The translations under genes and the position numbers were made by a program. From NCBI GenBank assembly GCA_937958705.1, contig CALGNJ010000049.1, positions 1 to 34,139 on the forward strand: a stretch of DNA of 34,139 nucleotides. The letters are read 5' to 3'. Under the pieces are notes generated by a model, which worked only from the letters and a program-made list of their open reading frames with translations, made no database searches and was not told where the DNA came from. This document shows positions 29,306 to 34,139 of the stretch, piece by piece. This stretch comes from Minisyncoccota bacterium (GTDB lineage: Bacteria; Patescibacteriota; Minisyncoccia; Phycocordibacterales; GCA-2747955). Every line of letters starts with the position of its first letter. The stretch's first letter is position 1.

Positions 29306-29783
29306 TTACTTAACTAATGCTAATGCGGCACTTGCATACGTATAAATATAATCTTTTAATCGGTCATCATCTCTATACATCTTGTCGAGTTCATCTTTTG
29401 TAACCCAGACACATTCTGCGTTCAGACTCGCCTTCTCCTGAGGATTTATTTCTCTTGTGTCTGATTTTGCCACAAACACAAAAGCTGAGTGATCATGAAA
29501 CTCATTAAATTGAGTGCCTATTAATAAATAGAGGTGGCACCAAATCTTTATTGTCTTGAAATGTTTGATGCATCCATGAACTTGGACCTACTAGCTCCGG
29601 TTTTATACCTACCTCTTCCCATACTTCCCTTAAAACGGCTTCGTTAATATCTTCTCCCGGATCAACATGGCCGCCTGGGACAATCCAGATGTTGTATTTC
29701 TCATGCAGCCTTAAAAGGACCGCGCCATCGTTCACAATATACGCATCTGCGCAAAAGTCTAGGTAATAATTTTGATGTGCCAT
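29306..29783 (-). pseudogene. NUDIX hydrolase with a one-base frameshift (pseudogene or assembly error)
   Basis: Nudix box PGGHVDPGEDINEAVLREVWEEVG. Stop at 29505, but removing one base near 29508 restores NEFHDHSAFVFVAK...ECVWVTKDEL...YASAALALVK* (span 478 nt = 159 codons + 1). Confidence 0.8.
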
Positions 29784-29870
29784 AATTTTTTTATACTATC
29801 ATACTAAAAAAGTGCAAATCAACACACATCGTCTTTATAAAACATGAGCACACCTGCTATACTTGTCTTC

Positions 29871-30917
29871 ATGAAAATGAATACACTAGGAAATACAGAT
29901 ATTGTCCTACCAGAGATTTGTCTGGGTACAATGACATGGGGACAAAAAAATACAGAAGAAGAGGCACATCAACAGCTTGATTATGCTGTTAAAGAACGAG
30001 GAACAACTTTTATAGATACTGCGGAAATTTACCCTATCCCCCCAACACCAGAAAAACAAGGTCTCACAGAAACATACCTTGGGAACTGGATTGCTAAAAC
30101 TGGGAATCGTGAAAAATTGTTTATTGCGACCAAGATTGCTCCTGCGAGCCTTATCTCAACGAGACCAACAGGGACTCATGCGAAACTTGATCGAGCAAGT
30201 ATTCGCGAAGCAGTCATGGGTAGCCTCGAGAGACTTCAGACTGATTATATTGATCTATATCAAATACATTGGCCTGAGCGTAAGACAAATTTCTTTAACA
30301 TACGTGGATATTCAGAGGACATGAGAGGAGATTCAACAAGTATCGAAGAAACCCTTGAAGCACTCAAGGAACTTATTGATGAAGGCTTAATAAAACATAT
30401 TGGTGTCTCTAATGAAACTCCTTGGGGTGTATCTGAATATCTTCGTCTGTCCCGTGAAAAGGGACTTCCCCGCATCGTTTCTATACAAAACCAATACTCA
30501 TTACTCAACAGAACGTTTGAGGTAGGTCTTGCTGAGATTTGTATCGAAGAAAATATTAGTCTACTCGCCTACTCTGTATTGAACATGGGAGTACTGACCG
30601 GCAAGTACCTAGAAGGAGCACAACCTGCTGGTGCACGGTTCACCGTCTCAGGCAGAAACTCCGAACGATACAACCCAGAAATTGCACAACCTGCGATACG
30701 CGAATACATTAAGGTTGCACATAAGCATGGACTAAACCCTGCACAAATGGCAATTGCGTTTGCAAATAGTCGAGACTTCACAACATCTTCTATTATAGGG
30801 GCAACTAACCTGGAACAACTAGAGACATGTATTGATGCTCACAAGATCGAGCTTAGTCAAGAAGTCTTAAACGACTTACATGAGGTGTATACAAAATTCC
30901 CAGATCCTTGCTGTTAA
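29871..30917 (+). CDS. Aldo/keto reductase (Tas-like)
   Basis: ICLGTMTWG, FIDTAEIY, SLERLQTDYIDLYQIHWP, IGVSNET, SIQNQYSLLNR; probable start ATG 29871. Confidence 0.95.
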   Translation: MKMNTLGNTDIVLPEICLGTMTWGQKNTEEEAHQQLDYAVKERGTTFIDTAEIYPIPPTPEKQGLTETYLGNWIAKTGNREKLFIATKIAPASLISTRPTGTHAKLDRASIREAVMGSLERLQTDYIDLYQIHWPERKTNFFNIRGYSEDMRGDSTSIEETLEALKELIDEGLIKHIGVSNETPWGVSEYLRLSREKGLPRIVSIQNQYSLLNRTFEVGLAEICIEENISLLAYSVLNMGVLTGKYLEGAQPAGARFTVSGRNSERYNPEIAQPAIREYIKVAHKHGLNPAQMAIAFANSRDFTTSSIIGATNLEQLETCIDAHKIELSQEVLNDLHEVYTKFPDPCC

Positions 30918-30949
30918 ACAAAAGAGACCAAATGGTCTCTTTTGTTTAA
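30914..30949. terminator. Bidirectional terminator, 17-bp perfect inverted repeat
   Basis: TTAAACAAAAGAGACCA-aa-TGGTCTCTTTTGTTTAA. Confidence 0.85.
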
Positions 30950-30952
30950 AGC

Positions 30953-30990
30953 TGGAGGCGTGGGATGAAGTAAGAACTTATTTTGAATAA
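30953..30990. other. Putative att junction: tRNA-Cys-like 3' fragment fused to a recombinase-like C-terminal tail
   Basis: Minus strand CCCACGCCTCCA (30964-30953) looks like a tRNA-Cys 3' acceptor strand with U discriminator and CCA, directly followed by the terminator. Plus strand reads LEAWDEVRTYFE*. Confidence 0.35.
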
Positions 30991-31018
30991 AAAACCTCAC
31001 TCATGTTTGTGAGTGAGG
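30989..31018 (-). terminator. Terminator of the 31036..31227 ORF
   Basis: CCTCACTCA-tgtttg-TGAGTGAGG with an A-tract on the left (U-tract on the minus strand). Confidence 0.65.
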
Positions 31019-31035
31019 CACCAGAAAGCAAGAGA

Positions 31036-31227
31036 TTATTTTTTCAGGATACCCTTGTACTTGCCATCTTTGACTTTTATGGTGAGGATTCCTGTTGTTT
31101 CCCACTTCTCAGGATCTTCAATTTTAGAATCTCTAACCATATCAGACTTAATGATCTGATCTACCAGCGCCATTCCAACAACAACACCTGCTAAAAAAAT
31201 GACGGCATAAATTACAAATTCTTCCAT
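31036..31227 (-). CDS. Small single-TM hypothetical protein
   Basis: AAAGGAG SD upstream of ATG, TTGACA promoter upstream, terminator downstream. Confidence 0.65.
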   Translation of the reverse strand: MEEFVIYAVIFLAGVVVGMALVDQIIKSDMVRDSKIEDPEKWETTGILTIKVKDGKYKGILKK

Positions 31228-31322
31228 AATATTCTCCTTTCAAAAGAACTTTTTTGGACGTTTTCAATTAAATATAATATACACTATATATAAGTATATG
31301 TCAACACTACCCACTCTTGTAT

Positions 31323-31350
31323 TTGACAAATATCAAGTAATAAGTATAAT
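31323..31350 (+). promoter_or_regulatory. Consensus sigma70 promoter
   Basis: TTGACA-16 nt-TATAAT. Confidence 0.7.
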
Positions 31351-31419
31351 AAAAATAGGTTAAATATGGCAAAATGCCAACGCTACCGACGTTTCTCGGT
31401 ATTGAAAGTGATTTAATAA

Positions 31420-31803
31420 ATGAAGACTTTAATTCGTCTTTTCGTCCCTATGGCAGTCTTTGGCATTGTTCATATTGCAATGGCTAATGTTGAGCAGTCC
31501 ATTGACTTACGATATACAGAGCTTGAGTCTGTATACATAACCACAACTGCGGTTGCTGGACTCATCTGTGCAATATGGGCATTAGTCTGCATACTCATCA
31601 GAAAATATGCTGATTTTGGCGTAGCTCTCATGATGTTTTATACAATGCATATGGGTGTTGTACTCTTCTTGGGATGCTCAAATGGTATGCCCGAACCTGC
31701 CCCACCATTCATGCTTGCGCTAACGATAGGTATGGCTTGTGCTGGAGCTATCGGTTGGTTAGTTGCTTCATTCTCGAACGCAACAGAGCCAGAAAAAATA
31801 TAA
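31420..31803 (+). CDS. Hypothetical membrane protein (about 4 hydrophobic segments)
   Basis: Own promoter; CTCACC...GGTGAG plus T-tract terminator at 31805-31848. Confidence 0.65.
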   Translation: MKTLIRLFVPMAVFGIVHIAMANVEQSIDLRYTELESVYITTTAVAGLICAIWALVCILIRKYADFGVALMMFYTMHMGVVLFLGCSNGMPEPAPPFMLALTIGMACAGAIGWLVASFSNATEPEKI

Positions 31804-31855
31804 TCTCACCGAGATGTAGGAAACTTCATCATTCAGGTGAGGTTTTTTATATCAA

Positions 31856-31967
31856 AATCGTTCGAGCCTTCCCCTTCCAGGTATTCTAAAACCCTTGGTG
31901 ACAAGGGCTTAGAAAAGTGCTGACAAAGCTTAAAAAAGTTCGAACCAGTGTGGTGGAGGTGAGAGGT
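31856..31967. repeat. Direct repeat copy 1 (37-bp invariant core 31918-31954; tmRNA/tRNA-Ala-like 3' fragment 31951-31967)
   Basis: Core TGCTGACAAAGCTTAAAAAAGTTCGAACCAGTGTGGT identical in three copies; inner palindrome TTCTAAAACCCTTG-gtga-CAAGGGCTTAGAA. Confidence 0.95.
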
Positions 31968-31974
31968 ATTTAAG

Positions 31975-32385
31975 CTAAGAGAAAAGTAATTCGGCCAACA
32001 TCTTTATCACCTCTTGATGTTCTTCGGTACCCTCCTGCGCTATATAAACAGCTAATTCATCAAGAGTAAAATCTCTGTAGGCTGGAACGAGACCATTTGC
32101 TTCACAGACTATCTCAAATGTCATGCATGCCGTTCTCTTGTTTCCATCTGTAAACGCATGGTCTTTCACAAGAAACCAAAGATACGCTACACACTTTTCT
32201 TCTGTTGTTTTATAAAAATCCTGACCACCAAAAGAACCAAGGATGTTTCCAACTAACGCATCAACTTTAGATTCTGATTCTTGAGCAATCATAAAAGAAA
32301 CTTCACCTTGTTGATGAAGAATCTTATATATTCGACAGATGTGCTTTGACTCGAGAGGTTGAAATGTCTTTTTTCCCTTCGTCAT
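31975..32385 (-). CDS. Fic/Doc (death-on-curing) family toxin
   Basis: HAFTDGNKRT Doc-type Fic motif preceded by EEKCVAYLWFLVKD. Confidence 0.9.
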   Translation of the reverse strand: MTKGKKTFQPLESKHICRIYKILHQQGEVSFMIAQESESKVDALVGNILGSFGGQDFYKTTEEKCVAYLWFLVKDHAFTDGNKRTACMTFEIVCEANGLVPAYRDFTLDELAVYIAQEGTEEHQEVIKMLAELLFS

Positions 32386-32497
32386 ACTGTTTTAATGAGC
32401 TTAATACTTGTTTATTTTGCTTAATTTTACGCATTGCCAAAGACCTGAATTTCACATCAGTTCTTTTTTTGGTAAATTTTTGTAACAAGTTATTCAT
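32324..32497 (-). CDS. 57-aa basic protein, candidate antitoxin (not in ORF track)
   Basis: MNNLLQKFTKKRTDVKFRSLAMRKIKQNKQVLSSLKQYDEGKKDISTSRVKAHLSNI; TGaTAAAAT 6 nt before ATG; overlaps the 5' end of the Doc gene by 62 nt. Confidence 0.65.
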   Translation of the reverse strand: MNNLLQKFTKKRTDVKFRSLAMRKIKQNKQVLSSLKQYDEGKKDISTSRVKAHLSNI

Positions 32498-32553
32498 GTG
32501 ATTATTTTATCATAATTATAAAGAATATCTTTATACCGATTTTTACAACAAGA

Positions 32554-32664
32554 AATGATTCGAGCCTCCCTTTCCAGACATTCTAAAACTCTTGGTAACA
32601 AGGGCTTAGAAAAATGCTGACAAAGCTTAAAAAAGTTCGAACCAGTGTGGTAGAGATGAGGGGT
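32554..32664. repeat. Direct repeat copy 2 (core 32615-32651; tmRNA/tRNA-Ala-like fragment 32648-32664)
   Basis: Aligns with copy 1 over its full length; ends TGGTAGAGATGAGGGGT. Confidence 0.95.
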
Positions 32665-32697
32665 TGTTTGGTATAGATATCAAATAATGTGGTTACT

Positions 32698-33441
32698 TTA
32701 ATTTGCCTCCAACGTGCTCTTCACATGTATCTTTGCTAATTTCCACTCAGGAAACTCATACAAATAAGATGCGTTAACCGAAAGATTTACCTCAGAATTA
32801 AAAGACTCGATTATCAGGAAATTATATCCTACCTCTTCCTGCATGACTGGTTCTTTGGTAATAATGACATGTTCACTCAAAACAGGTGGGAATGTTTTTC
32901 CTGCATCAATATTTTCTGGTAAAAGCTCTTGGTTTAATTCTGATAAAGAAATTTGGTTTTTCCATAATTGTGAGATATGAACGTCATACATTTCCTTCAT
33001 AGTTCCTAGATACATACCTCTTTGCAATAAAGTATGTGTTTGGAGATTTAGCCATTTAAGCTCCTCAGCAGAAGGAATTTCCGCCTTAGTATCATGTCCA
33101 TCTGATGCATTTACTCTAGTTAAAGTCTCTTGATTAACTATTAGCGTATCCTTATCTACTAACTGATAATCAAAGTTCTTTGCAAGAAATAGTAAACCTG
33201 CAGAAAAATTCTCTTTTCCAAATGACTGCATTGGCGCCTTCAGCGAATAGCTTGTTTTTTCTCCTTCTGTTTTATACGAAACACGCCCCTGAGAGAACAC
33301 CTGTAAGGTTGTGTTGTTGCTTGACCATGCCCCAACAATATTTTCATACCCATCTATCTGAGGATTATGAGTTAAGTTCGTAACCACATAAGCCCCTAGC
33401 AGCATAATTACGAGCCCTACGATTATAAATACTTTTTTCAT
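32698..33441 (-). CDS. Hypothetical secreted/membrane-anchored protein, 247 aa
   Basis: MKK plus hydrophobic anchor; IVGAW motif; TGcTATAAT 6 nt before ATG. Confidence 0.75.
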   Translation of the reverse strand: MKKVFIIVGLVIMLLGAYVVTNLTHNPQIDGYENIVGAWSSNNTTLQVFSQGRVSYKTEGEKTSYSLKAPMQSFGKENFSAGLLFLAKNFDYQLVDKDTLIVNQETLTRVNASDGHDTKAEIPSAEELKWLNLQTHTLLQRGMYLGTMKEMYDVHISQLWKNQISLSELNQELLPENIDAGKTFPPVLSEHVIITKEPVMQEEVGYNFLIIESFNSEVNLSVNASYLYEFPEWKLAKIHVKSTLEAN

Positions 33442-33456
33442 AAACTCATTATAGCA

Positions 33457-33556
33457 AATGGTTCAAGCTTCCTCTTTCCGGCTATTCCAAAAGCCTTGGC
33501 AACAAGATCTCTATAAAATGCTGACAAAGCTTAAAAAAGTTCGAACCAGTGTGGTG
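33457..33556. repeat. Direct repeat copy 3 (core 33519-33555), more diverged left arm
   Basis: Same 37-bp core; left part AATGGTTCAAGCTTCCTCTTTCCGGCTATTCCAAAAGCCTTGGCAACAAG aligns with copies 1 and 2. Confidence 0.92.
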
Positions 33557-33641
33557 CAAGCACGCACTAACTGTGTATTTACGTAGATATGAATTTATGT
33601 TTTAATATAACTCGATATAGCTCATTAGATGGAGAGAAAAA

Positions 33642-34139
33642 ATGACTAAAGCACCACAACGTTTCATGCTGAATGTAATGAACGATACTAAGCTGGACTC
33701 AGGAGGAAGAGCGGTTATGTTCCCTGTCGCAAAGACAAGAAAAGGAACTGTAATTTTTGCTACCTGTGCTCATGCAGTCGAGAATCACTCTGGGCGCATC
33801 CAAATGACAGTCTTTGACCACAACGGCGAGAATGTAGAGTATGCTGGTAATACTCAGAACTGGATTATTCCACCAGAGATTGGCGCTGACTTAGTTTTCA
33901 TTGATATGCCTGTCTCAGATATATCTAAATTCCAGCCAGTGCGTCTTCAAAAAGACAAAGTCTCAACAGGAAAAGATATTACATACACCAGAAATGTAAT
34001 GTACAAAAAAGACTTTCCTGAACAAATCCTCTTAACAGAGACAAGCCCAGTAAAACACATCAAAACAGAAACATATGCTCGGAGCTCTAAAGGTTTTGAT
34101 ACCCTACCTACTGGTCATAATTCGAGAGGTAGAAATTAC
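33642..34139 (+). CDS. Trypsin-like serine protease, 3'-truncated by the window end
   Basis: Hand translation is open for 166 codons: MTKAPQRF...FATCAHAV...GADLVFID (His and Asp triad motifs); GGAG upstream. The Ser motif is not reached. Confidence 0.6.
   Translation, partial: MTKAPQRFMLNVMNDTKLDSGGRAVMFPVAKTRKGTVIFATCAHAVENHSGRIQMTVFDHNGENVEYAGNTQNWIIPPEIGADLVFIDMPVSDISKFQPVRLQKDKVSTGKDITYTRNVMYKKDFPEQILLTETSPVKHIKTETYARSSKGFDTLPTGHNSRGRNY

Larger units (their letters stand above)
30953..34139. mobile_element. Putative genomic island / cassette-like accessory region (continues past window end)
   Basis: Switch to orphan ORFs, a toxin-antitoxin-like pair, three direct repeats and att-like fragments; no integrase inside the window. 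Confidence 0.5.

Noticed and set aside
31930-31970. Intact tRNA gene (GGTTCGAA T-loop-like and CCA-like sequences)
   Set aside because: On the minus strand the CCA end precedes GGTTCGAA, the wrong order, and no cloverleaf can be formed.
31860-31973. Repeat as a coding remnant (VRAFPFQVF*...KKVRTSVVEVRGI*)
   Set aside because: Stops occur in all three plus frames and copies differ by an indel; recombinase-tail ancestry is possible but cannot be supported as a CDS.
31918-33555. CRISPR array (37-bp identical repeats)
   Set aside because: Intervals are 660 and 867 bp and contain genes; homology extends ~60 bp beyond the core; no cas genes seen.
31856-33556. Canonical integron attC sites
   Set aside because: No RYYYAAC/GTTRRRY boxes in cassette orientation and no intI in the window.

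Overview
A low-GC bacterial chromosome segment (genetic code 11), very likely Patescibacteria/CPR (Parcubacteria-like). This assignment is inferred from the absence of rpmD between rpsE and rplO and from CPR-typical cell-wall genes. Positions 1-30.9 kb are mostly housekeeping: an isolated block of the spc/alpha ribosomal cluster (rpsZ-rpsH-rplF-rplR-rpsE-rplO-secY, then adk-map), rplY, a cold-shock protein, PfkB and APH kinases, flavoproteins, NhaD, a DsbA/DsbB set, AlkC, a frameshifted NUDIX gene and an aldo-keto reductase. Many of these genes appear leaderless (-10 box 6-8 nt before ATG). From about 30,950 to the end lies an accessory, island-like region. It begins at a 12-nt piece resembling a tRNA-Cys 3' end fused to a short 'WDEVRTYFE*' tail. 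It contains three copies of a ~100-110-bp imperfect-palindromic repeat with an exactly conserved 37-bp core; two copies end in a degenerate tmRNA/tRNA-Ala-like 3' end. The repeats bracket integrase-free, self-promoted cargo units: a Doc/Fic toxin plus an unannotated 57-aa partner, and a secreted protein. This cassette-array-like structure is the best candidate for an undescribed system. No complete tRNA, rRNA, CRISPR array, integrase or transposase was seen.
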